Positions 20,751 through 29,826 of a stretch of 64,000 nucleotides of DNA are shown here, in pieces. The DNA is taken from positions 5,327 through 69,326 of the forward strand of contig JACQCA010000039.1 in the NCBI GenBank assembly GCA_016201865.1. Reading direction: 5' to 3'. The notes under the pieces are model-generated. The model was given only the letters and a program-made list of their open reading frames with translations. It was not told where the DNA came from and made no database searches. The position numbers and the translations under genes are program-made. The DNA is from Nitrospirota bacterium (GTDB taxonomy: Bacteria > Nitrospirota > Nitrospiria > JACQBZ01). The first letter of the stretch is position 1, and every line of letters begins with the position of its first letter.

Positions 20751-21122
20751 TCATCCGCGGGTCACCCGCTTCACGACCGCCTTCAATTGTTCCGGATCAA
20801 ACGGCTTGGTGATGTATTCCGTCGCCCCCAGAGCCAATCCTTTCTTCCGATCCTCATCGCCCTGCTCCGTCGTGACCACGATCATCGGAATATTCTTATA
20901 GTCCTCGTTGTTCTTCACAAAATGGATGATTTCAAGACCGTTGATGTCCGGCATGTTGATGTCCGTAATGATGAGGTCGAAACGGTGCGCGGGGAGGGCC
21001 TTGAGCGCTTCGAAACCGTTGCCGGCCTCGACGGTTTCATACCCCTTCAATTCTTCAACCGTGGATGCGATCAACGAACGCATGGCGGTGGAATCTTCAA
21101 CCACAAGCACTTTCTTCGGCAT
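20751..21122 (-). CDS. cheY: Single-domain response regulator (CheY-like)
   Basis: VVEDS, TDINMP, TKPF. Confidence 0.87.
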   Translation of the reverse strand: MPKKVLVVEDSTAMRSLIASTVEELKGYETVEAGNGFEALKALPAHRFDLIITDINMPDINGLEIIHFVKNNEDYKNIPMIVVTTEQGDEDRKKGLALGATEYITKPFDPEQLKAVVKRVTRG

Positions 21123-21151
21123 CTTGGCTCTCCTTTTCCATCGCCTGTCGG

Positions 21152-22399
21152 TTATGACTTCGACGACTGCGTGTCTTGGAGCTTTCGTTCGAGCAGGGCC
21201 TTTCCAAACGCGAAACCGGTCACTTTGATAAACGCCTCCAGACCCTCCGTGTCCCCGATTTTATCTTTGCCGGGAACATTATCCCCGTAGAGAATCGCGA
21301 TCGCGCGGCCCTCGCAGATTAGGGGGGCGATGAAAACCTCCGTCGGCCATTCCTTGCCGATCTGGTCAAGGAAATATTGATGCCACTTGGACCGAGTCAG
21401 CGAGTCTTTGTAGGTCATTTTCCTTTCGACCACATCGCTGAAGATCGACGGCTCCGAAAGCGGTATGCGAATCGCCCGGACGCGTTCTTGCGGCGAACCT
21501 TCGGGAAGCGCCAGGCCAAACTGCCCCAGTCCCACGATGTCTTCTTTTCGGACCATGAGGATCACGGCCCGGTTCATGATCTCGCTCGCAAACCGCAGGA
21601 CCAGCAGCGTGATCTCGCTGCTCGTCGCGGGACCGGACAGTTCCTCAATCATCGAGGCCAGAAGCGCCAGATCTTTCCGGCCCTTTCCGTAAACGGAAGC
21701 GGCACTGCTCAGCGACACGGATAATTTCTCCTCCGCCGATTTCGTTTTTCCGACTGCGGTCTCGGCCGGTTCCGGCGGATGCGCGGAGATCCCGGCAGGG
21801 TCCGGCGGAGGAGGCGTCGCCGGTTTTGCGGAGGGGGTTTCCAATTTCGCGGAGGACGTCTCTAATTTTTGGGGCGGCGTTTCTATCTTTCCGCCCTGTT
21901 CTTCGTCCTTGATCTTCTGTTCCTCATCCTGAAGGCGCGCGCCTTCCAAAAGCAGGAATTCGGTGTTCAGGCCGACCCGGAGCACCACCTCTTCCTCCGT
22001 CGCAGGCCCCAGTTCAAAATGAAAAGAACCGGTATTCCAGCTCAACAGGTCCTTCGTGATGAAAATGATGTGCTCGCGGATTTCCCGCTCAAGCGTTCCT
22101 TGATCGACGGCTCCCATCTCCATCAAAAGGGTCCCGATCGGTTTCATGGACCCTCGTCCCTTCTGAACCCGCAACGCATACTCAAGATCGTCGTTTGTGA
22201 TGATGCCTTTCTTCACCAGCGTGTAGCCGAGGCGGCTTCGCGTATCCGAAGAAGCAAAAATGACCTGGCCATGGTTGAAGACCAGGCGTCCCGTTCCCTC
22301 CTTCCGGATCAAGGTCAGAACGCCGGACCGCTTGCTCAAACTGATGATCTGGAAGATGTCGCTTAATCCCAGATCCTCTAAGCGTCCCTCAAGACTCAT
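21152..22399 (-). CDS. DUF4388 (PatA-N-like) plus GAF-like domain protein
   Basis: MSLEGRLEDLGLSDIFQII, WNTGSFHF, LLLEGARLQDE; C-terminal APLICEGRAIAILYGDN. Confidence 0.8.
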   Translation of the reverse strand: MSLEGRLEDLGLSDIFQIISLSKRSGVLTLIRKEGTGRLVFNHGQVIFASSDTRSRLGYTLVKKGIITNDDLEYALRVQKGRGSMKPIGTLLMEMGAVDQGTLEREIREHIIFITKDLLSWNTGSFHFELGPATEEEVVLRVGLNTEFLLLEGARLQDEEQKIKDEEQGGKIETPPQKLETSSAKLETPSAKPATPPPPDPAGISAHPPEPAETAVGKTKSAEEKLSVSLSSAASVYGKGRKDLALLASMIEELSGPATSSEITLLVLRFASEIMNRAVILMVRKEDIVGLGQFGLALPEGSPQERVRAIRIPLSEPSIFSDVVERKMTYKDSLTRSKWHQYFLDQIGKEWPTEVFIAPLICEGRAIAILYGDNVPGKDKIGDTEGLEAFIKVTGFAFGKALLERKLQDTQSSKS

Positions 22400-22405
22400 C
22401 TGCCT

Positions 22406-22648
22406 TTATCCCTCAACCTCAAATCGGAAGTCCTCGATCACCGTATTGGCCAACAGCTTGCGACACATCTCGGCTACCTGTCGCTTGGCCTCCTCCGCTG
22501 GCATTGGCGAAAGCTCCATCTCGATATATTTTCCGAGACGGACGTCTTTGACCGACGTGTATCCGAGATGATGAAGCGATTGTTGAACCGCTTTGCCCTG
22601 CGGGTCCAAGATGCCGCTCTTGAGCGTCACGTAAACTTTGGCTTTCAT
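22406..22648 (-). CDS. purS: FGAM synthase subunit PurS
   Basis: LKSGILDPQGKAV, VRLGKY, LLANTVIEDF. Confidence 0.96.
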   Translation of the reverse strand: MKAKVYVTLKSGILDPQGKAVQQSLHHLGYTSVKDVRLGKYIEMELSPMPAEEAKRQVAEMCRKLLANTVIEDFRFEVEG

Positions 22649-23941
22649 CTAAGAGAAAACCCGTTTATAGATCGTGTCCAGATGGCGCAGATAATAGTCC
22701 GGTTCAAAACAATCCCGGATCTCCCGCGGCTTCAGGTATTTTCCGATGAAACGATCGGTCCGGACCATCTCCGCAAACCGACCTTCCCCCCGCCAAGCCG
22801 CCATCGCCAATTGTTGCACCGCTTCATACGCCTTTTCCCGTCGGGCGCCCCGCTTGGTCAATTCCAAGAGGAGCCGCTGGGAATAAATCAGTCCGCCGGT
22901 GCGTTCCAGATTGGCCTTCATCTGTTCCGGGTAGACCAGCAAGGTCTCGACCATGTCCGTCAAACGGTTCAACAGATAATCCGTCAGGATGGCGCTGTCC
23001 GGAATGATCACCCGCTCCACCGAGGAATGACTGATGTCCCGTTCATGCCACAGGGCCACATCTTCCAGGGCCGCCTGAGCATTCGCGCGGACGACGCGCG
23101 CCAGGCCGGACAGGTTCTCGGCCCCGATGGGATTCCGCTTGTGCGGCATGGCCGAAGACCCCTTCTGTCCTTCCGAAAAGAACTCCTCGGCCTCCAAGAC
23201 CTCGGTTCGTTGAAGGTGGCGGATCTCGGTGGCGAACTTATCCACGCTGCTGGCGATGATCGCGAGGGTCGTGAGGTACTGGGCATGTCGGTCCCGTTGA
23301 ATGATCTGGTTCGAGATCGGGGCCGGTTTCAAACCGCATTTCTCACAAACGAATTCTTCAATGGAAGGATCCAGGTGGGCGTAGGTTCCCATCGCGCCCG
23401 ACAATTTTCCATGCCGGGTCGTTTCCTTGGCCTGCCGCATCCGCTCCAGATTCCGTCGGGTTTCGGCATACCAGAGGGCGAGCTTGAGGCCGAAGGTGAT
23501 CGGCTCACCGTGAACCCCGTGAGACCGGCCGACCATCACCGTCCCTTTGAATTCCATCGCGCGGCGACGAAGAACGTCCATTAACCGGTCCAGGTCCGCG
23601 AGGATCAAATCCGCGGCCTCCTGCATCAGGACGGCCAGCGCGGTATCGAGGATGTCCGACGATGTCAGACCCAGATGAATGAATCGGGACGCGGGGCCGA
23701 CCTGTTCGGCCAGCATGGTGAGAAACGCGATCACGTCATGCTTGACCGTCCGCTCGATCTCGTCCATCCGTTTCGGATCGATCCGGGCCTTCTTTCGGAT
23801 GACCCCGATGGCCTCTTTCGGAATCCGCCCATCGCGGGCCAGGGCCTCGCAAACCCACAATTCAATCCGGAGCCACGTTTCGAGTTTGTGGCGGGTCTCC
23901 CAAACGGCCTTCATTTTGGGCAGGGTATACCGCTCAATCAT
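22649..23941 (-). CDS. purB: Adenylosuccinate lyase
   Basis: MIERY, GRSHG, GSSAMPHKRNP, WHERDISHSSVER. Confidence 0.97.
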   Translation of the reverse strand: MIERYTLPKMKAVWETRHKLETWLRIELWVCEALARDGRIPKEAIGVIRKKARIDPKRMDEIERTVKHDVIAFLTMLAEQVGPASRFIHLGLTSSDILDTALAVLMQEAADLILADLDRLMDVLRRRAMEFKGTVMVGRSHGVHGEPITFGLKLALWYAETRRNLERMRQAKETTRHGKLSGAMGTYAHLDPSIEEFVCEKCGLKPAPISNQIIQRDRHAQYLTTLAIIASSVDKFATEIRHLQRTEVLEAEEFFSEGQKGSSAMPHKRNPIGAENLSGLARVVRANAQAALEDVALWHERDISHSSVERVIIPDSAILTDYLLNRLTDMVETLLVYPEQMKANLERTGGLIYSQRLLLELTKRGARREKAYEAVQQLAMAAWRGEGRFAEMVRTDRFIGKYLKPREIRDCFEPDYYLRHLDTIYKRVFS

Positions 23942-24447
23942 GCCTTTCCCGTCAGGTGAAGGACCTGCTGTTGAATGCGTTGCGCTTTTTCTTCGTCCGA
24001 AACCAAGAGATGGATCATCCGTCGGCGGTTCGGATCCGTTCCGAGGTTTCGCACGGCCGCTTCCACGCCTCCCGTCCCCGGCGTCGCGCCGTCGGACGGG
24101 CTGAAGAGTTCGACCACGCCGTCGTTGATCTGAAGCTGCAACAGGATGCGGTCGATGCGGGCGTAGAGATCCTGAAGCGTTCGGGCGGTGAGTTCCCCTC
24201 TTTTCCCGAGCCCCACGATCAGGATCTTCGGCGCATGCAGTTTTCGCTGCGCGGCCAACAGCGTTGCTTCTCCGAACGCGCCTCGGATCTTGTTGCGGAG
24301 AATCAAGCGGGAAACGATGCCGTTATGGATCCAATCAATCTCGGCGGCCAGCCCGTACAGGGGTCGGTCGTCTTGAAAGAATCCCGCAACGAGGATCTCG
24401 CTGCGAATCCGGGTGGCCTTCTCAGAAATGACGTTCACCGGCGTCAT
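23938..24447 (-). CDS. Protein resembling the isolated N-terminal domain of M17 leucyl aminopeptidase
   Basis: FFQDDRPLYGLAAEIDW, GAFGEATLL, KILIVGLG; start reassigned to ATG 24447 because the track ORF overlaps nusB. Confidence 0.65.
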   Translation of the reverse strand: MTPVNVISEKATRIRSEILVAGFFQDDRPLYGLAAEIDWIHNGIVSRLILRNKIRGAFGEATLLAAQRKLHAPKILIVGLGKRGELTARTLQDLYARIDRILLQLQINDGVVELFSPSDGATPGTGGVEAAVRNLGTDPNRRRMIHLLVSDEEKAQRIQQQVLHLTGKA

Positions 24448-24467
24448 GATACCATCTCGCGGCGGCC

Positions 24468-24887
24468 TCAAGCCTCCTTCTTGGCGATGGACTCTTCCCT
24501 CACGATATGATCCAGAATGCCGTTTACGAAAGCCCCTGACTCCGCATCCGAATACCGTTTCGCGATCTCGATCGCCTCGTTCATCGTCACCTTGGCCGGG
24601 ACATCCGACAAAACGAGAAGCTCGAAGACCGCGCATCGAAGAATGTTGCGGTCGACAATGGACATTCGATTCAGCGTCCAGTGCAACGCATGTTTTTGGA
24701 TCAGGCGATCGATCTCGGCCTGATGATCGAGAACCCCGTCCACGAGACGGTCCGCAAAGGCCGCGACGTCCGGGGGAGCCGGATGAAGCTCCCAGAATTG
24801 CTTGCGCCAATCCGGTCCGTCCTTATTTACATCCAGCAGGAAAAGCATCTGGAGCGCAAGCTCTCTTGATTTCCGTCGAAAACCCAT
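24468..24887 (-). CDS. nusB: Transcription antitermination factor NusB
   Basis: RRKSRELALQMLF, DRNILR, NEAIEIAKRY, FVNGILD; follows ribH. Confidence 0.96.
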   Translation of the reverse strand: MGFRRKSRELALQMLFLLDVNKDGPDWRKQFWELHPAPPDVAAFADRLVDGVLDHQAEIDRLIQKHALHWTLNRMSIVDRNILRCAVFELLVLSDVPAKVTMNEAIEIAKRYSDAESGAFVNGILDHIVREESIAKKEA

Positions 24888-24907
24888 TGGATTCTCAAAG
24901 AACTATC

Positions 24908-25015
24908 ATAGGGGCTCACGTCGCCGCTATCATCAGTGGGGGCCCGTGCGGATAAAACTAAAACGGGTCCTCCGATGCCCCCACACCCCGCGGCAGCCCC
25001 AGGCAAAGCCTGATG
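24908..25015 (+). repeat. Copy B of the modular intergenic repeat family (left, middle and hairpin modules)
   Basis: ATAGGGGCTCACGTCGCC, GGGGCCCGTGCGG, TCCTCCGATGCCCCCAC and GGCAAAGCC are shared with 59302-59476. Confidence 0.8.
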
Positions 25016-25027
25016 ACTGCCTTATAA

Positions 25028-25063
25028 CCGGATGGGGACAGATTTCAAATCTGTCCCCTCCGG
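25028..25063. repeat. REP-like palindrome just after the ribH stop
   Basis: GGGGACAGATTT-C-AAATCTGTCCCC (perfect 12-bp arms) extended by CCGGA/TCCGG. Confidence 0.75.
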
Positions 25064-25068
25064 GTCGT

Positions 25069-25536
25069 CTACTTCAGATGGTGGAGAAGCCCGACCATTT
25101 CAAGCGCGGTCTTGGCCGCGTCGCCGCCTCGATCAAACCGCTTGGGATCGGCCCGCTGCACGGCCTGCTCCACGGTATCCGCCGTCAACACCCCGAGGCT
25201 GATCGGAACGCCCGTCTCCAGCATCACCTGCGAAATGCCTTGACTCATGGTCCGGCTGATGTGCTCGAAATGGGACGTTTCACCTCGAATGACGGCCCCC
25301 AAACAGATCACGGCATGAAACGCGCCCGATTGAGCCAATCGTTTGGCCGTCAACGGAATCTCAAAAGCGCCCGGGACGCGGGCGATCTCAATGTCCTTTT
25401 CCCGAACCCCGTGCTTTCTCAAGGCGGCCAACGCGCCCTCCAACAATTTTTCGGTCACCTCGCCGTTGAATTTGCTGACGACGACTCCGAATCGACGGTG
25501 ATCGCTTTTGAGGTCTCCTTCGTGAATCTTGATCAT
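25069..25536 (-). CDS. ribH: 6,7-dimethyl-8-ribityllumazine synthase
   Basis: VPGAFEIP, CLGAVIRGETSHF; start reassigned to ATG 25536. Confidence 0.96.
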   Translation of the reverse strand: MIKIHEGDLKSDHRRFGVVVSKFNGEVTEKLLEGALAALRKHGVREKDIEIARVPGAFEIPLTAKRLAQSGAFHAVICLGAVIRGETSHFEHISRTMSQGISQVMLETGVPISLGVLTADTVEQAVQRADPKRFDRGGDAAKTALEMVGLLHHLK

Positions 25537-25564
25537 TCCCGACCCGGCGGACGCAACGGCTCCG

Positions 25565-26779
25565 TCACACCTTATCCAAAAGATGACCCAACTTCTGTTT
25601 TTTGGTTCTGAGATACCGCACGTTGCGCTCATGCGGCGCCGTCTCGATCGGCACGCGTTCGACCACCTTTAACCCGTATCCGTCCACGCCGACGATCTTC
25701 CGGGGATTGTTCGTCATCAGACGGATCTTGCGCAGTCCGAGATTCACGAGGATCTGCGCGCCGATCCCGTAATCCCGGAGATCCGGCTTAAATCCCAATT
25801 CGAGATTCGCCTGAACCGTGTCCATCCCCTGATCCTGCAGGCCGTACGCCTTGACCTTGTTGAGAAGGCCGATTCCGCGTCCTTCCTGATTCAAGTACAA
25901 TAGAACTCCTCGTCCGGCCGCCTCGATCATTTCCATGGCGCGATGCAGTTGCTCGCCGCAATCGCATCGTTCCGAACCGAACACGTCGCCCGTCAGGCAA
26001 CCCGAATGGACGCGGACCAGGATGGGATCTTCCCCGTTGATCTTGTCTTTGACCAACGCGATATGGATCCCCTGATCGATCTCGTTTTCAAACACGATGA
26101 GCCTGAATTCGCCGTATTGGGTCGGCAGCATCGCTTCGGTGATCCGGCGGACCAGGGACTCCCGCTGCATTCGATGCTCGATGAGATCTTTAACCGTCAC
26201 AATCTTCAGATGATGGCGTTGCGCAAACTCCATGAGTTGAGGGACGCGCGACATCGTCCCGTCCTCGTTCATGATCTCGCAGAGAACACCGGCCGGGTAG
26301 AGACCGGTCAGGCGGGCTAAATCCACGGAGCCTTCCGTCTGTCCGGCCCGTTTGAGGACGCCGCCCTTTTGGGCCTTCAGCGGAAAGATATGCCCCGGAC
26401 GGGCCAGATCCGAAGGCTTCGTCTTTGGATGGATGGCGGTCACGATGGTCGTCGCTCGGTCCGACGCCGAGATCCCCGTGCTCACGCCTTCCCTCGCGTC
26501 GATCGAGACGGTAAAGGCCGTTCCGAAGGTCGCGGTGTTCTCGGAGGCCATCGGCGGCAATTGGAGCTCATCCACCCGCTCCGGCGTCAAGGTAAGACAG
26601 ATCAAACCGCGGCCGTTCTTGGCCATGAAATTGATCGCCTCCGGGGTGACCCTCTCGGCCGCCATGACGAGATCCCCCTCGTTCTCACGGTCTTCGTCAT
26701 CCACCAAGATGATCATCCGGCCTCGTTTGATCTCTTCGATGGCCTCATCAATGGAATTAAACTTAAAATCGGTTTCCAT
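25565..26779 (-). CDS. ribBA: Bifunctional DHBP synthase / GTP cyclohydrolase II
   Basis: [36 protein letters not shown]; start reassigned to ATG 26779. Confidence 0.96.
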   Translation of the reverse strand: METDFKFNSIDEAIEEIKRGRMIILVDDEDRENEGDLVMAAERVTPEAINFMAKNGRGLICLTLTPERVDELQLPPMASENTATFGTAFTVSIDAREGVSTGISASDRATTIVTAIHPKTKPSDLARPGHIFPLKAQKGGVLKRAGQTEGSVDLARLTGLYPAGVLCEIMNEDGTMSRVPQLMEFAQRHHLKIVTVKDLIEHRMQRESLVRRITEAMLPTQYGEFRLIVFENEIDQGIHIALVKDKINGEDPILVRVHSGCLTGDVFGSERCDCGEQLHRAMEMIEAAGRGVLLYLNQEGRGIGLLNKVKAYGLQDQGMDTVQANLELGFKPDLRDYGIGAQILVNLGLRKIRLMTNNPRKIVGVDGYGLKVVERVPIETAPHERNVRYLRTKKQKLGHLLDKV

Positions 26780-26837
26780 GGCCTTCGGCTTGGACCCCTT
26801 TGTCCGCTGTGTGGAAAATACCTTAAATAGCTTTCTA

Positions 26838-26866
26838 ACTATATAAGATAAAAGGCATTTTGTCAA
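26838..26866 (-). promoter_or_regulatory. Putative sigma70 promoter of the ribBA-ribH-nusB operon
   Basis: Minus strand TTGACA-17 nt-TATAGT. Confidence 0.7.
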
Positions 26867-26979
26867 ACAAAAAATCCCCTGGAATCGGAATTGTAATATC
26901 CATCAAACGGCCTCGTGATGGCACACTTGTGTTCATCAACCGATTGCCGTAGAATATCCTTGCCGCAAACGGCATCCGC

Positions 26980-27867
26980 ATGCAGACCACCATCCAACAG
27001 TTTCTCCAATATCTCACGGTCGAGAAAGGACTCTCGCCCAATACGCTCACGGCGTACGGCGCCGACCTGAAACGATTTTCCGAATTTCTTCAACAGAAAA
27101 GACGCGCACGGTGGGATGAGATCACCCGTCGGGATCTCCTGGATTTTCTGGCGGACCGAAAACAGAAGGGCCTCTCCTCGCGGTCGTTGGCGCGCCAGAT
27201 CGCGACCCTCCGCAACTTCTATCGGTTTTTGAATCGTGAGAATCTTCTTCAAACGGACCCCACGCAAAACCTGGAATCGCCGCGGGACTGGCGGCGGCTG
27301 CCGAAGACGTTGTCCTTCGAAGAGGTCGAGCGTCTTGTCAACCTGCCCAAGGGCGGGACGCCCTCGGCCGTTCGGGACGACGCCTTGATCGAATTGATGT
27401 ATGCCGCCGGGTTGCGCGTCTCGGAACTCACCGAGCTGCCGATTCAGGCCGTCAATACCGAAGTAGGATACGTCCTGGCCACCGGCAAGGGCCGAAAACA
27501 GCGAATCATCCCGATCGGCGACGTGGCTATTCAAAAACTGAAGACGTACCTGGCCGGCGGTCGGGAAAGACTGGCCAAAGGACGCGTCACGGATCTCGTC
27601 TTCCTAAACCGCTCCGGACGCGGGCTCACGCGACAGGGTTGCTGGAAACTGCTCAAAAAATACGTCCGGCTTGCCGGGATCCGGCGTCCCGTTTCGCCCC
27701 ACACGCTGAGGCACTCGTTCGCAACCCATCTTCTGGAGCGCGGAGCCGATCTGCGCTCGGTCCAGGCCATGTTGGGCCACGCCGATCTCTCCACCACGCA
27801 AATCTACACGGAAGTCACCCGTCACCGTCTAAAACAGATCCACCGGCAATTTCATCCCAGGGGTTGA
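26980..27867 (+). CDS. xerD: Site-specific tyrosine recombinase XerD
   Basis: EKGLSPNTLTAY, GLRVSEL, HTLRHSFATHLL, LGHADLSTTQIYT, FHPR end. Confidence 0.92.
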   Translation: MQTTIQQFLQYLTVEKGLSPNTLTAYGADLKRFSEFLQQKRRARWDEITRRDLLDFLADRKQKGLSSRSLARQIATLRNFYRFLNRENLLQTDPTQNLESPRDWRRLPKTLSFEEVERLVNLPKGGTPSAVRDDALIELMYAAGLRVSELTELPIQAVNTEVGYVLATGKGRKQRIIPIGDVAIQKLKTYLAGGRERLAKGRVTDLVFLNRSGRGLTRQGCWKLLKKYVRLAGIRRPVSPHTLRHSFATHLLERGADLRSVQAMLGHADLSTTQIYTEVTRHRLKQIHRQFHPRG

Positions 27868-27887
27868 GCCGGCGGATCTTCCATGTC

Positions 27888-28406
27888 TTATTTCACGGTG
27901 ACCGTCTTCATCGCGTCACCGACGCGGATTTTTTGGATCACATCGAGGCTGTCCTTGTCCGTAACCTGGCCGAAGACGGTATACTTGCCGTCGAGAAAAG
28001 ACTGCGGGGCGAGGCAGATGTAAAACTGGCTGTCGGCGCTGTCCGGATCGTTCGCGCGGGCCATGGCCACGGTGCCGAGCAGGTGCGGTTTCTTATTGAA
28101 CTCGGCCGGAAGTTTCACCCCCGATCCGCCCGTCCCGTTCCCTTTGGGGTCCCCGCCTTGAATCACGAAGCCCGGAACGACGCGGTGGAAGGTCAGGCCG
28201 TTGTAGAACCCCTGCTTGATCAACTCCGCGATGCGCGCCACGGTCTTGGGCGCCGCATCCGGAAACATTTCAAAGATGATCTTGCCTTTGTCCGTCTCGA
28301 TCGTGACCACCGGATTTCCTCCTTGGGCCCAAGCCGTCCCCATGCCGAGTCCCATGCTGATGATGAATATCCCTGCTGCGACGCCGCTCACCCGCTGCCG
28401 TTTCAT
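27888..28406 (-). CDS. Cyclophilin-type peptidyl-prolyl isomerase (exported)
   Basis: FHRVVPGFVIQGGDP, AMAR, SQFYI, LDGKYTVFGQV; signal peptide. Confidence 0.93.
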   Translation of the reverse strand: MKRQRVSGVAAGIFIISMGLGMGTAWAQGGNPVVTIETDKGKIIFEMFPDAAPKTVARIAELIKQGFYNGLTFHRVVPGFVIQGGDPKGNGTGGSGVKLPAEFNKKPHLLGTVAMARANDPDSADSQFYICLAPQSFLDGKYTVFGQVTDKDSLDVIQKIRVGDAMKTVTVK

Positions 28407-29398
28407 GCGACTTCTCCTCGTTGAATGCGTTCCAATGACTCCGTCTCGCGCCGCTCGAACCCATCGATCAGCACGCCCTCTCTTAATCCATAATCGCTGA
28501 CGACCACCTCGTTTGCGCCGATCATCCGCATCGCGGTCAAAAGCAGCGCCGCGCCGGCCACGATCAGATCCTCACGCCCCCGTTCGAGACCCGCGAGGCG
28601 CCTCCGTTCAATCAAGGTCATCCCAACCAGTTTCTGATGCCAGCTCTTCACGCGATCCAAACTGAGCCGCATGTTCTGGACGCGCGACGGATCATAGCTC
28701 GTCATGGCCAGCTCCAGCGCAGCCAGCGTCGTCACGGTTCCGGCCGTGCCGACGAAACAGCCGCCGGGCGACCCCCGCAGGACTTGGGCCGCCGATTCGA
28801 CCACCGGTCGGAACAGCTCCTCGATCTCGGCGATCAGACGCCGTTGATCGGCCGCCGTCAGCGGACCGGCGACCGGATAACGATCCGTCAACTTCACCAC
28901 GCCGGTCGGAACGGTCCTCATCTCCCGAATCCGGCCTTCCGCCACGAGCATCCATTCGGTGCTTCCTCCGCCGATGTCGATGACGACCAGGTCTCGGTGA
29001 CCCCGGTCTTCTCCTCCGAGTCCGTACCGCACGCCCCGCAGCGTCCGGCGGGCCTCTTCTTCGCCCGAAATCACCTCGACCGAAAGGCCGATCTCCTCTT
29101 TCACCCGGCTCAGGAACGGTTCCCGGTTGGCGGCCTCGCGGACCGCGCTGGTGGCCACGCCGACGATCCGGTCCGCCGAAAAGTCCGCGACCTCCGCACG
29201 GAACTCTTTTAAGGCCTGAAGGGTTCGGTTCATCGCGGCCGGGGACAGCCGTCCGGTATGGACGATCCCTTCTCCCAACCGCGTGATCCGACGGCCTTCG
29301 TGAATCGGACGAAGCTCCAAGCGATCTCCGATCCGGCCGATCTCGGCCGTCAACCACCGCACCGTATTCGTCCCGATATCGATTCCGGCTAAAATCAC
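28403..29398 (-). CDS. Ppx/GppA family phosphatase
   Basis: IDIGTNT, ATSAVREAAN, DIGGGSTE, GLREG. Confidence 0.92.
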   Translation of the reverse strand: MILAGIDIGTNTVRWLTAEIGRIGDRLELRPIHEGRRITRLGEGIVHTGRLSPAAMNRTLQALKEFRAEVADFSADRIVGVATSAVREAANREPFLSRVKEEIGLSVEVISGEEEARRTLRGVRYGLGGEDRGHRDLVVIDIGGGSTEWMLVAEGRIREMRTVPTGVVKLTDRYPVAGPLTAADQRRLIAEIEELFRPVVESAAQVLRGSPGGCFVGTAGTVTTLAALELAMTSYDPSRVQNMRLSLDRVKSWHQKLVGMTLIERRRLAGLERGREDLIVAGAALLLTAMRMIGANEVVVSDYGLREGVLIDGFERRETESLERIQRGEVA

Positions 29399-29405
29399 AG
29401 GCTCA

Positions 29406-29771
29406 TCATTTCTCGCTTTGTTTTTCTTCCCGGTCGAACGATTCGCGCTCCGCCGTTAATTTTTCCAGCTCGGCGCGCTTTTCATCGATTTCTTGAATCA
29501 GACGAGACCATTCCCGCTCCTTCATGAGCTGCGTGTGTTCGGGACGACCGGCCGCAAGCTTCACTAATCCGTACTTCCCCAACACCCGATACGCCTCCGT
29601 CAGTCGCCGATCCGCGGCCTGAAGCCGGTAACGGAATTTCAATCGGTCGATCTCCTGGGACGAATAGACGGCCGTGGTGATCATTCCCTTTCTCAGAAGC
29701 ACGACGCCGTTGTAAAGATCGTCCTTGAGGCGGGTCCACGATAACATGGTTCCGTATCCTATCGAAAACAT
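29406..29771 (-). CDS. Hypothetical helical protein
   Basis: Fills the gap between recG and ppx on the same strand; coiled-coil C-terminus; start uncertain. Confidence 0.6.
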   Translation of the reverse strand: MFSIGYGTMLSWTRLKDDLYNGVVLLRKGMITTAVYSSQEIDRLKFRYRLQAADRRLTEAYRVLGKYGLVKLAAGRPEHTQLMKEREWSRLIQEIDEKRAELEKLTAERESFDREEKQSEK

Positions 29772-29784
29772 GCCTAAAGATCAA

Positions 29785-29811
29785 GTAGGACGACCGGCCG
29801 GTCGTCCCTGC
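29785..29811. repeat. GTAG-type REP-like palindrome downstream of recG
   Basis: GTAGGACGACCGGCCGGTCGTCCCTGC, containing a perfect 20-bp palindrome at 29788-29807. Confidence 0.7.
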
Positions 29812-29826
29812 ACGGATCACGTTGTC

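Noticed and set aside
19827-21290. Long antisense ORFs (also 11304-12380, 22568-23584, 42022-43071 and others)
   Set aside because: Shadow frames opposite well-supported GC-rich genes, with no recognisable motifs
24888-25068. 6S RNA or other housekeeping ncRNA between ribH and nusB
   Set aside because: The size fits, but the sequence is explained by repeat modules shared with 59302-59476 plus a palindrome
26780-26979. FMN riboswitch upstream of ribBA
   Set aside because: Only about 55 nt between the predicted -10 box and the ATG, and no RFN motifs seen
26980-27867. Phage or island integrase
   Set aside because: Length and motifs fit housekeeping XerD and it lies among core genes
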